Shown: in pieces, positions 37,401-48,552 of the stretch
Layout: each line of letters opens with the position of its first letter
Numbering within the stretch: position 1 is the first letter of the stretch
Origin: Callorhinchus milii
Taxonomy: Eukaryota
Length of the DNA stretch: 64,000 bases
Assembly: GCF_018977255.1 (NCBI RefSeq)
Contig: NW_024704743.1
Coordinates: 73,844,001-73,908,000, forward strand
Reading direction: 5' to 3'
Notes under the pieces: model-generated
The model's input: the letters and a program-made list of their open reading frames with translations, nothing else
The model's database searches: none
Told to the model about the DNA's origin: nothing
Made by a program: the position numbers and the translations under genes

Positions 37401-37846
37401 TGCATTAATTGAAAAAAGGAAGAGAGTTTCCCCCAGTATCCTCCTCAGCATTCCCCCAGATGAAAGCTTTATGGCTGTTTGTGGGAATACTCTGTACAAA
37501 CTGGCTGCTGCAAATGCCTACAAATGCACATTAACTACACTTTACAGCAAAAATCTTGTGAAGTACTTTGAGATGTTTTGTGGCTGTTACAGGTGCTGAA
37601 TCAAATGAGGCTCATTATGTCAAACTCTTAAATTTGCTCTTGTTAATTTGAAAGTTGATTTTCTACATTTCTTAAAAACAGCTTCCAAAGGAAGAATAAA
37701 TTGAAGAGTTTGCCACAGTTCTGGGCACAATTTTAAGGTGACATTTTTTAATAAGCTAAGATTATGTGGAATTTGCAGCCTATTGTGTATTTGCTATTAT
37801 TATGTGAAGAAAAATGTACATTGATCTTTATTCTCTCTCTTTACAG

Positions 37847-37902
37847 TTTCACTGTAGAAGTTTGTGCAACTATATCTGGACATGCTATCCCATACATAGT
37901 AG
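37847..37902 (+). CDS. ITGA8: ITGA8 exon (probable exon 16), 56 bp
   Basis: polypyrimidine tract, tacag|TTTC...GTAG|gtgagc; (C)FTVEVCATISGHAIPYIV(V); phases 2-1 fit both neighbours. Confidence 0.92.
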
Positions 37903-40594
37903 GTGAGCAGAAGGATTCTTTTTATCTCATAAAGACCTAAAAGACATCTGGTGGAAAGCAGTCGCAAGTAACAGCTTGATAATCACTCATCCTTCGTATT
38001 TTGGTATTTTCCCACACCATTTTTTGGTCAGCTATGACGTATGTGGAAACCCATCAACATAATGGGTAGCTAAAGAGTATCTAAACTAAACTGCAAGTTC
38101 ATACACATGTATGCAACCTACACATGGGTCTTTCCCTGGAATAGAATTGAGCGCTCTCTATCTGGAGGGACGTACTCTCCTTACCCAAATTCCAAAGTCT
38201 ATCAGGCACAGGTTGGCGACAGCCATGGCTTGAGGATCACAGGGTAAGTGTTGAGATACTACTAGAGTTTAACCAGCTAAAACCACAGACCTTGCCATTG
38301 AAAACACTATCTGGTAAACTTCCTGCTGCTTATCTACAGCTCACTGTTAAGGCTTTGGCTTGTAGGATTAATATGAGCTGATTTACAAGAGTCCCTGGTC
38401 TGCCCTTCCAAATCTTGCTGATGAGATGGGTTGGCTGGTCTGTCATCAACATTCCTTGGAGTACTGTGGACTCGCCTAGTTTAAGAACTGGAATAGCGGG
38501 ACAGCGATTCCGATATTCAGTCCCTAAGCACTTTTTATTAAGAGTATATTAGTTTCTGTGTTCTTGTATATTCTTCACCCACTTCTTGAGTTATATACTG
38601 CCTGCAGAAAAAATGTGTGGATTTGCCTTGTCAGTTAACAGTCTCTGTCATCAGGTGAAAGGCTAACACAATAGTGAAGATAATTGAACCCATTTTCCAT
38701 AGAATCGTACAGCACAAAAAGAGGCCATTCGGCCCATCGAGTTTGTGCCGGCTCTTTGAATAGAGCAATTAATGTCAATCCCACTCCCCAGCCATTTCTC
38801 CATAACCCTGCAAACCGTCCTCTTCAAATACCCATCCACCACATTTTTAGAAGTAGTTATCGAATTGGTCCGATCACCCTTTCAGGCAATGCGGTCCAGA
38901 TTCGAACAACTCGCTGCGTGAAAAAAATTCTTCTCACCTCCCCTCTGCTTCTTTTGGAGATTATTTTGAATCTGTGACCTTGAGTCACCGACAGACCCAC
39001 CAGTGGAAACAGTTTTTCCCTTTCTAACCGATCCAATCCTCTCATGATTTTGAAGACCTCTGTTAGGTCTCCTCGTAACCTTCTCTGCTCCAATGAAAAT
39101 AATCCTAAGCTCTCCAGCCTTTCCTCATAATCAAGGTCCCTCATTCCTGGTACCATCCTCGTAAATCTCCTCTGCACCCTTTCCAATGCCTTAACATCCT
39201 TCCTATAGTGTGGTGCCCAGTACTGGGCGCAGTATTCCAACTGAGGCCTAACCAGTGTTTTATATAGGTTAATCATAACCTCCTGACTCTTGTACTCTAT
39301 GCCCCTATTTATAAAGCCTAGTATCCCATATGCCCCTTTTACATCTTTATCTACCTGTCCTGCCACCTTCAAGGATTCATTTACCTGCACCCCCAAGTCT
39401 CTCTGTTCTTTTACCCCCCTTAAGATTGTATTACCAGCCTATATTGCCTCCCCTCATTCTTTCTACTAAAATGCATTACCTCGCATTTCTCCACATTGAA
39501 GCTCATCTGCCATGTGTCTGCCCACTTTACCACTCTGTCTATGTCTTCCTGCAGTTGGCTACTATCCTTCTCACTGTTTACCACCCTACCTAACTTTGTG
39601 TCATCCGCAAACTTGGAAATGGTGCTTGCTATACCCAAGTCCAGATCATTTATGTATGTTAAGAAGAGCTTAATACCGATTCCTGGGAGACACCACTGTA
39701 CACTTCCCTCCAGTCAGAAAAGCAGCCGTTCACCACAACTCTCTGCTTTCTGTCTCCCAGCCAGTTCTGGATCCATACTGCCACTGTCCCTTTTATACCA
39801 TGGGTTTCTATCTTTCTTACACGTCTTTCATGTGGCACTTTGTCAAATGCCTTTTTAAAGTCCATATAAACTACATCAACTGCACTACCTTTATCCACCC
39901 TCTCTGTTACCTCATCAAAAAATTCTATAAGATTTGTTAGACAAGATTTGCCTTTAACAAATCCATGTTGGCTGTCCCTACTTAACCCATATTCTTCTTG
40001 GTGAAAATTTATTCTGTCCCAGATTATATTCTCCAGGAGTTTCCCCACTAATGACGTTAGGCTAACTGGCCTGTCGTTCCCAGGTTTATCCTTCTGTCCC
40101 TTTTTGTACAGGGGAGTAACATTAGCCACTCTCCAGTCCTCTGGCACCACCCCTGTGTCCAACAAAGATTGAAAAATTGTAGCCAAAGCTTCTGCTATTT
40201 GTACCCGTGCCTCCCATAGTAACCTTGGCTGCATCCCATCCGGACCGGGCGACTTATCTACCTTCAGCGCAGTCAACCTTTTCAGTACTTCCTCTCTGTT
40301 TATACTTTTCCTATCCATTTTCTCTACCCTCTCCAACGATACTGCGGCATTTGGTGCATCCACTTCTTTTGTGAAGACAGAAGCAAAGTATTCATTCAGC
40401 ACATCAGCCATGCTCTCTGCCTCCACAATAAGATTTCCCCCTTGGTCCTTAATTGGCCCCACCCTACCTTTGACTAGCCTTTAATTCTTGATATGCTTGT
40501 AAAATATTTTAGAATTCCCTTTAATGTTACCCGCTAACCTTTTTTCGTATAATCTTTTTGCCCCTCTTATTTCCTTTTTTAAACCTCCTCTGCA

Positions 40595-41344
40595 ACAACA
40601 ACAACAACAACAACAACAAGATTCCATTTATAGAGCGCCTTTCACGTCAGGAGGACGTCCCAAGGCGCTGCACAGTTGGGTCATGACCCGAGCAGGGGGG
40701 AAATGGTCAGGGTGAGGGGAGGGAAGGGAGGGAGCGAGGAGGGGGGAAATGGTCAGGGTGAGGGGAGGGAAGGGAGGGAGAGAGGAGGGGGAAATGGTCA
40801 GGGTGAGGGGAGGGAAGGGAGGGAGCGAGGAGGAGGAAGAGAGTCGAGAGGGGAGCTGAAGGCACGGTCAAAGAGAAAGGTTTTGAGACCGGCCTTGAAG
40901 GAGGAAAGGGAGGAAGCAAGGCGAAGGCACTGGGGGATGGAGTTCCAGAGCCTGGGGGCTGAGAGGCTGAAGGCCCGACCACCGATAGTAGGGCGGTTGG
41001 GGCGGGGGACGTGGAGCAGACCGGAGCCAGAGGAACGGAGGGTACGGGCAGGTAGGTAGGGGGATAGTAGGTTGGAGAGGTAGGAGGGAGCAAGGCCGTG
41101 AATGGCCTTGTAGGTGAGGATGAGGATCTTGAAATCAATCCTCTGGGGGATGGGGAGCCAGTGGAGGCGAGCGAGGGTGGGAGTGATGTGATCGCGAAGC
41201 CTGGTGCGGGACAGTACACGAGCTGCAGAGTTCTGAATGACCTGCAGCTTGTGGAGGGAGGTGGCGGGAAGGCCGGCGAGGAGAGAGTTCCCATAGTCCA
41301 GCCTTGAGGTGACAAAGGCGTGAACCAGGGTTTCAGCAGCGTGA
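40595..41344 (-). mobile_element. Young L2 3' fragment inserted in CR1, with (CAA)n tail and 3 tandem ~46-bp G-rich units
   Basis: CpG-rich; reverse reads HAAETLVHAFVTSRLDYGNSLL; host CR1 rejoins across a GCA duplication (40592-94 / 41345-47). Confidence 0.9.
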
Positions 41345-42088
41345 GCACTTCTTATATTCTATTTGGTTGTCTTCTGCATCTTGGGCTTGACACCTGTCAT
41401 ACGCCACCTTTTTCTGCTTCATTCTAGATACAATTTACTACGTCATCCAGGGAGGTTTGGAACCCCTACTTCTCCCTTTTGTGGGAATGTATTTATTCTG
41501 TCTCCGAACTATCTTATCCTTGAAGACTTCCCACTGTTCTTTAGTTATTTTACCTGCCAATCTTTCTTTCCAGTCCACCTTGGCTAGGTCCCTTTTTAAC
41601 TCACTGAAATTTGCCCTCTTCCAATTGAGTATCTTCACCTTAGATGGTTCCTTGTCTCTTTCTATATGCACTCTGAATCTAATGATGTTATGATCACTAT
41701 TGCCCAGATGCTCTCCCACTGAAACCTGCTCCACTTGCCCTACTTCATTCCCCAGAACTAGATTTAGCACTGCTTCCTTCCTTATTGGGCTGGAAATGTA
41801 CTGATCAAGAAAGTTGTCCTGTATGCATTTTAGGTATCTTTCCCCCTCCTTGCCCTTTGTGCTGTTGTTTTGCCAGTCTATGTTGGGATAATTAAAGTCC
41901 CTCATTATCACGACTCTATTGGCCTTGCATCTATCTGAGATCTGCTTGCAGATCTGCTCATCTATTTCCTTCCCACTATTTGGTGGTCTACAGTATACCC
42001 TTAACAGTGTAACAGTTCCTTTTTTGTTCCTTAACTCTAACCAGATAGATTCCATTTTGGGGCCCTCCAGCACCTTGACCCTTTCCAA

Positions 42089-42351
42089 GGCAGGTCAGGG
42101 CGAAACCTTGGGCAAGTTTCCTTACTCCACATGCCTAATAATAATCCCTCCAAAAACCAAAAACAATAATAAATTGGTCATTTTCAATCTACGACTGTTT
42201 GTGGGACATTGCTGTGCGCAATTGGCTGCCGCGTTCGCCCATAAATATACAGTCAATTCACTTTACAGTGTGTTCTGTGAAGCGCTTTGGGACGTCCTCC
42301 CAACGTGAAAAGCGCTATATCAAATGCAAGGATTATTATTATTATTATTAT
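42089..42351 (+). mobile_element. 5'-truncated short-form SINE inserted in the CR1 APE domain
   Basis: gggcgaaaccttgggcaagtttccttactccac...caaatgcaaggattattattatt; CR1 reading (IKDTV / ERVKVLEG) resumes on either side. Confidence 0.9.
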
Positions 42352-42922
42352 AACTGTATCCTTGATTAACATTGCCACACCCCCTCCTTTTTTTCCTTCC
42401 CTATCCCTCCTGAATACATTGTAGCCAGGAATATTCAGCTCCCATTCCTGTCCTTGCTTGAGCCAAGTCTCTGTTACTGCTACTACATTGTATCCCCCGA
42501 TGACCACTTGAGCCTGCAGCTCACCAATCTTGTTTGCTAAACTCTGCATTTAGGCACATGCACTCCAAGACCGACTTGACCTGTTCTGCACTCCGCCCCC
42601 CCCCCCCCCACCTTTTTTTTCTCCATTTTCTAACTGTTCGTTTTTTGCATTCCCTTCCCTCCTCAAAACTAGTTCATTTATTCTTGGGGGATTAGTAGTG
42701 TATTGTAATAAACACAGATCAGCTCTTGTCAGCTCAATGCTCGTCTTTTCCCTTTGCTTAATTGTAATATCCATTCTCCTGAATAATCCTCTACTTATTT
42801 TGAGCAACATCATGAAGATTTGCTCCTGCTCAATGGAAACTTACCTGAACAACTAAATAATGCAAAAACATTCTGTGACCTATAGTGTTTTTTTTAACAT
42901 TCTTAATTTCTCTTATCTCAAG

Positions 42923-43077
42923 TACTGAATGTGGACCTTCACTTGGACAAACTAAAGAAGAAAGGGGTTGTTGAGAGAATACTCTTCTTGTATTACCATC
43001 AGCCACAGCACAGTTTCCAGCTAGTCGTAGGAAAATCACAGCATTCCAGGTGCAAGGAATTTGTTGTTTACCTTACA
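42923..43077 (+). CDS. ITGA8: ITGA8 exon (probable exon 17), 155 bp
   Basis: tcaag|TACTG...TACA|gtaagt; (V)LNVDLHLDKLKKKGVVERILFLYYHQPQHSFQLVVGKSQHSRCKEFVVYLT. Confidence 0.94.
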
Positions 43078-46000
43078 GTAAGTATATTGTTTCCTTATAA
43101 TATAATAATCCTTGCATTTAATATAGGGCCTTATCACGTTGTTGAGACATTTCAAAGTCCTTCATAAAATCTGCTGTAAAGTGTGGGAATTAAGGAATGT
43201 AGTGGAGGAAAGCTGAGGTGAGGACATTAATTGTTACATCTGTTTGTGTTTTTTACCCCTATTATTTTAAATGACTGAAAGAACCATAGAAATGCATGAC
43301 AAATCTAGTGTTGGTGTTTGTGCCACCAAGAAGTCAAACATCCCAAGTCCGGCTCTTGCCCTGTGGTCTCCAATACCTTTCTTTTGCATGTTCTTGTCCA
43401 GTTCTCTTTTAATGCCCCCAATTGCTCTGCTCTCCCCCAATTGATCTTTGCCCATCATAAAATCACACCTGAAGACTTTCCTCTGTCTGTGCCTTTGATC
43501 ACCTTCCCTCTCTTTACAGCTTCCCTTGGTGTGGTTAAACCACAGCACTGTTAAGCCCTCTGAGACATTACTTGTATGAAGGGCACAATATAAATGCAAG
43601 TCGTTGTTGTTGCTTCTGCCCCTGCTGCTGTTGTTGCTGCTTTAACAGCCATTCCTGGCAAATTATTCCGTACTCTGACAATCCTCTAAGACAAGAAGTT
43701 TATGCAAACCTATCTTTTTACTCCCCTCGTTGCAATATTGAATTTTCAAACAGTCTGGGATGAATTATGAATGGTTCATATAACTTTGTTGGTCATAGAG
43801 GCTTAACTCTTAAATGAATACACTGTTACTAGAAATGGGAATACCCCTTTACATAACTAAAAGCTTACACACACATTTGTTCTTTCTAGCAGACCATTCT
43901 TGGTGCCTGATCTATCTGACAGAAAAAACCTGAGAGCTTTGAAAGAAGCATCGACGAGAGCATGATTCTCACCTGCTGCAATTTTATTTTGGTCAGGCAG
44001 GTGTCTGACACATTGGAAACCCCTTTTCATGTTTAAGAATAACCAAACAAAGTTCCATGCATCCCACCTCTATGAAATCTCAGAGATATTTATTGGAATG
44101 GAATGCACACTCTTGCTTATCTAATTCCATAGAGTATTAGGCACAGGTTATCAAGAGCCAAGACTTGCGGGGCCCGGATTGTGTGTGGAGTCTAACCAGC
44201 TAAAACTGCATAGCTTACCATTGAAAACACTGTCTGTTAAGCTTTCCCACTGCTTATCCAGTCTTTCCAAGTCCTGGAAATAAGCCAGGCTGGCTGAGCT
44301 GTCATCAGCAGTGCCCTAGAGAACTGTGTTTTCACTTGGCTTAGGATCTGGACAGTTGGCTCGATTTCTTTTAAATACTTTTAAATCTCACCTTAAGACC
44401 CATCTCTTCAACTGCACGTATGGTCATCTCCCTGTCTTTTCTTCCTTGCTCAGTGTCCAACTCAGCCATTGCGCAGCACTCCATCAAGAGGCTGTCCTGC
44501 ATGAAGGATACTATATAAATGCTGTTGTTATAGTACCAGACTAAGAGTTCCAATACGTATGCCACCCACACAATTTCCCTTTGTCTGGAATGGAGTTCCC
44601 ACTCTCTCCTTGGAGGATGCATTCTACTTGCTTAATACATGAAATTATTAGACACAGGTTGGCAAGAGACAAGGCTTGGGGACCCCAGAGTATGCTTTGC
44701 AGTGCTGCAGGAGTTTAAACAGACAAAACAACATAGCTTGCTACTGTGAGCACTCTCTGGTAAACTTCCCTCTGCTTATTCAGTTAGAAGACCCGTTAAC
44801 AGGATCCAAGCAGGATGAGTCCCTGCTCCCAGTGGAAAATTCTTACGTTCAATTTTAATTTGAAAGTTGGTTCTTTGTATTGCATTCATGCTTATCCCAT
44901 TACACTTCCTCCACATGTTGACAGAAGCATGGCTTCAATGCACTTATTACTGCATATTTGTTATAGAATCACTGCCAAAAGTGCAGTGATTCACTGCCAA
45001 ATGGACAGTATGAACCAATTTTAATATTTATGATTTGTGTATCTATCTAAAATACTAACAGCTTAAAATATGTTAGTGAGCATTCATAGAAAGTATTATT
45101 CGTGGTGCCCTAATGGAAATTTTCACAGTGTTAGGTTGCCACATGAGATGAAGCATTTTGTGACAACAGGATGTGTCAGCAATCTGTAATGAAATCGGGG
45201 TTTGAAGCCTCGGTTGTTATGCAACAATGCTGTGGATCACAAGCTCAACATTGTGGGAACCACAGAGTGGAAGCTAAAGGTCTCAAATTCCACCTCCTCT
45301 TAGCCATAAGACTATTCCATTGTAAAATGTAGGATTGCTCAGAGTCATGGAAAATTCTTAAATTCAGGCTTAATTTGGAAGCTGGTTTTCTGCAGTTCTT
45401 TAAAAGAATCAAGTTCCAAATTAAAATAAAATGTAAGAATTTTTGACAGTTCTGCACAACATTAAATTTAAGGCAAAAGGATTTTCCAAGCTACGTCTAG
45501 ATGCAACTTTGGGCTACAGTCTCTTCCTTAGCAGAGAGGGCAGTTTAGAGAAAGATTTCTCACTGGAGCACTCCTGTAGACCTCTTGTCCTATTGATGGA
45601 TTCAGAGAAGCATTGAAGGGGGCTGCGGATCAAATCACTTAAGGCTGCAGTTGATGCATGGTGCATGTAGAACAGAAGGGAAAAGAGGTACATGTTTGAG
45701 AATAGAAAATAATTTCATATAGATTTTTAAAAGAAAGAAACAGAAAAGTTTTGCACTGGCTCTCAAAGCAAGGTGAACATTCAATCCCACTGCCCTACCT
45801 TCTCTCTATAACCCTTCAAGCCTCTAGCTTTCATCCACTTTCTCTCTCGAAATCCACAATGGACTCTGCCTCTATCTTGATATGGCATTCCACATCCCAA
45901 CAACTCTTAAGTCAAGAAATAGAATTAAAGAGATTTAGTAAAGCCTTGAACTTCTAAGCCACCAAATAACAAGGCCACAACAGAGACAATTTTAAAGCCA

Positions 46001-47742
46001 TTTTATATACCTGTATTGGTTTCCATCTAAAACAGCTCTTTTCAAGGCTGAAAAGCCCCAACTTATCTGATTGTTCTTCATAGCTCATACCTCTAACACT
46101 GGGCATCATCAAGTGCCATGTTGATGTTACGTGTTGTTTTGTTGCAGAATTAGCCCTGCAATCCATAAGGATTCCATTACTCTGCTTTATACAAATTGGC
46201 AGGGTTACAAATGTTTTTCCTAGGACATTCTGTGCTGGTTGGGTTGTAGGAGGGGAGCTCAGATAGATCCAGAGACATACTTCTCCAGAAAACATTTAGT
46301 TTAAAAACCATGTAGCCACAAGATAAATTCCACAAACCCAGGACTATGCTAGGATAAATAAGATTGTTGGCAAGCATTCTTTGAGGACTGGATTGAAGCC
46401 ATAGTCTAAGCGTTGCATTAATATCTAATGTAAATCAGAGTGGGTCTAAGATGTCAAGAGTGTGCAGTGCATTACGTATTGTAAATACTAAGGGTTTCTT
46501 GTACAGAAATTGATTCATTGCTTGCAAATTAGCTCTATCCTTTACTAGTCCTTTGTGATTCAGGGGTTTCAGTAACAAATACAGCAGGAGTATATAAAAC
46601 AATGCTACCCTATATATCTTATTTTACTGTGAAATCAATTCGCATCAAAATAGAATAAGTTATAGAGAGTTAGGATTTGATGGTAGGGTGATAGGAATGC
46701 GGTATTCCTAGACGTAGTCCGTTCCTTATATATCATTGTTCCTTAATTAAGGAACTAAGGAACAATTTCATTACGGTGATAAACAAATGCCTTTCATGAT
46801 AAGTTTGTGAATTAACAATTCTTCCTTCCTACCCATGACTTCTAGAGAATGCTTTTGCCCACGGCTTCTACAGATTCAATATTGCCACTTTTTTTAAACA
46901 ACTAGAAGCTCCATTATTCCTGAACAGACGAGCAGAATTTAGTGCTGCTTCATGAGTTAACAGCAGAATTGTAAGGAGGATAGGGAGAAACTTGAATCTT
47001 GTCTCAGGAGCATATATATATATATATATAGATTTGCTTTATAATGGCCTAAAAATAAAGCCTATTAAATAAACGTCAGTTGGAGCAACTGGGATTAAAG
47101 AAAACCTCTCTCTCTTTGTAATAAATTCAATGATGGCGGTGAAACACTTCTGTATAGACTGGAGTGAGAAACCATTTTGCCAAAAATGGTTGTCATTAAC
47201 CATTAGCGTACAAAACACATAGTCTATACGTTTTACAGTATGTTCTGTGAAGTGCTTGGAGACATCCTCCTGATGTGAAAGACCCTATATAAAATGCTAT
47301 ATGGAACCTAAATACAGGACTCTTCCACAGCAAAAGATCCTCCATCATGCACCATTAATGATGCTATGTTTTACTTAGCACTGTAAGATATACCGTTGGT
47401 TGGAACACCTCACAAACCCATGCTGACAGCAATTCTTCGTAAGCAAGAGCATTCCCAACTTTTTTAGTTACAGCAGGAACATAAAATACAATATAAATTT
47501 ACATTTATGTAGTGTCTTTCATGTCGGGAGGATATCTCAAAGTGTTTAACACTCTTGGCTTTGCACCCAAGCTGGTGAGGGTGGGGGAGGGAAGCGGAGG
47601 AGAAATATGACCAAAAGCCAAAGAAGTAAGTCTTGAGACGAGCCTTAAATGGGGTGAGGGAGGGATTTTGTGTTTGTTTTGTATTAATCAAGTCAAGTAC
47701 ATTTGTGTTAATTGTAGAAACTTTTTTCATGATCTACCCTAG

Positions 47743-47880
47743 GATGAAAAGGAATTTCGAGATAAACTGACACCAATTGGTGTCAATTTAAATTACAGTT
47801 TAGATGAATCTCGTCCATTAGAAGGTCTGGCTGTTAAACCAATACTCAACTACTACAGTGATACCTTTCTCCAAAAACAG
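47743..47880 (+). CDS. ITGA8: ITGA8 exon (probable exon 18), 138 bp, phase 0-0
   Basis: cctag|GATGAA...ACAG|gtaaga; DEKEFRDKLTPIGVNLNYSLDESRPLEGLAVKPILNYYSDTFLQKQ. Confidence 0.96.
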
Positions 47881-48364
47881 GTAAGAGCAAGCAGTGCTTT
47901 ATTGCCCACCATATGTACTGTACCCCTCCCCTGACCATTTCCACCCTGCTTGGGTCCCGACCCAACTGTCCAGCACGTTGGGACGTCCTCCCGACGTGAA
48001 AGGCGCTCTATAAATGAAATCTTGTTGTTGTTGTTGTTCCCCACCTGAGGAATATTCTCTGCTTGTTGGTCAATTGACAGGTGAGTGGACAGTATTCTCA
48101 GCAAATAGGGACAGGCTACGAGTATGGGAAATTGGGAAATTTATAGAGTGTCTATTTAAACGTGTGAAAATGTTATGCTTTTTGGGTTACCACCGCCAGC
48201 CCCTCCCCCCACCCCCCCCCCCCCCCCCCCCATAAATCGGTGCCCTGTTCTACCTGACAATCTTGAGCCCTTTCAGAGAGCCAGCAAACACTACCAAGGT
48301 TGGTAAACTTACTGACAAGTGAAGAATGTCTCCCCTCCACACAGTGTGTATCACAGAATCATAG

Positions 48365-48552
48365 AAAACAATAATAAATTGGTCATTTTCAATCCAAGAC
48401 TGTTTGTGGGACACTGCTGTGCGCAATTGGCTGCCACGTTTCGCCCATAAATATACAGTCAATTCACTTTACAGCATATTCTGTGAAGCGCTTTGAGATG
48501 TCTAGAAGACGTCAAAAGCGCTATATCAAATGCAAGGATTATTATTATTATT
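48365..48552 (+). mobile_element. 5'-truncated SINE
   Basis: aaattggtcattttcaatcc...atcaaatgcaaggattattattatta, nearly identical to the 42089 copy. Confidence 0.9.

Larger units (their letters stand above)
38697..42580 (-). mobile_element. CR1 LINE, near-complete ORF2 (APE plus RT), disrupted, carrying nested L2 and SINE
   Basis: ORF fragments [89 protein letters not shown]; tail catagaatcgtacagcac. Confidence 0.95.

Noticed and set aside
40524..43763. Poly-Q, poly-I, poly-G and poly-C peptides in the ORF track
   Set aside because: Derived from (CAA)n, (TTA)n and (TTG/CTG)n retroelement tails and a C homopolymer.
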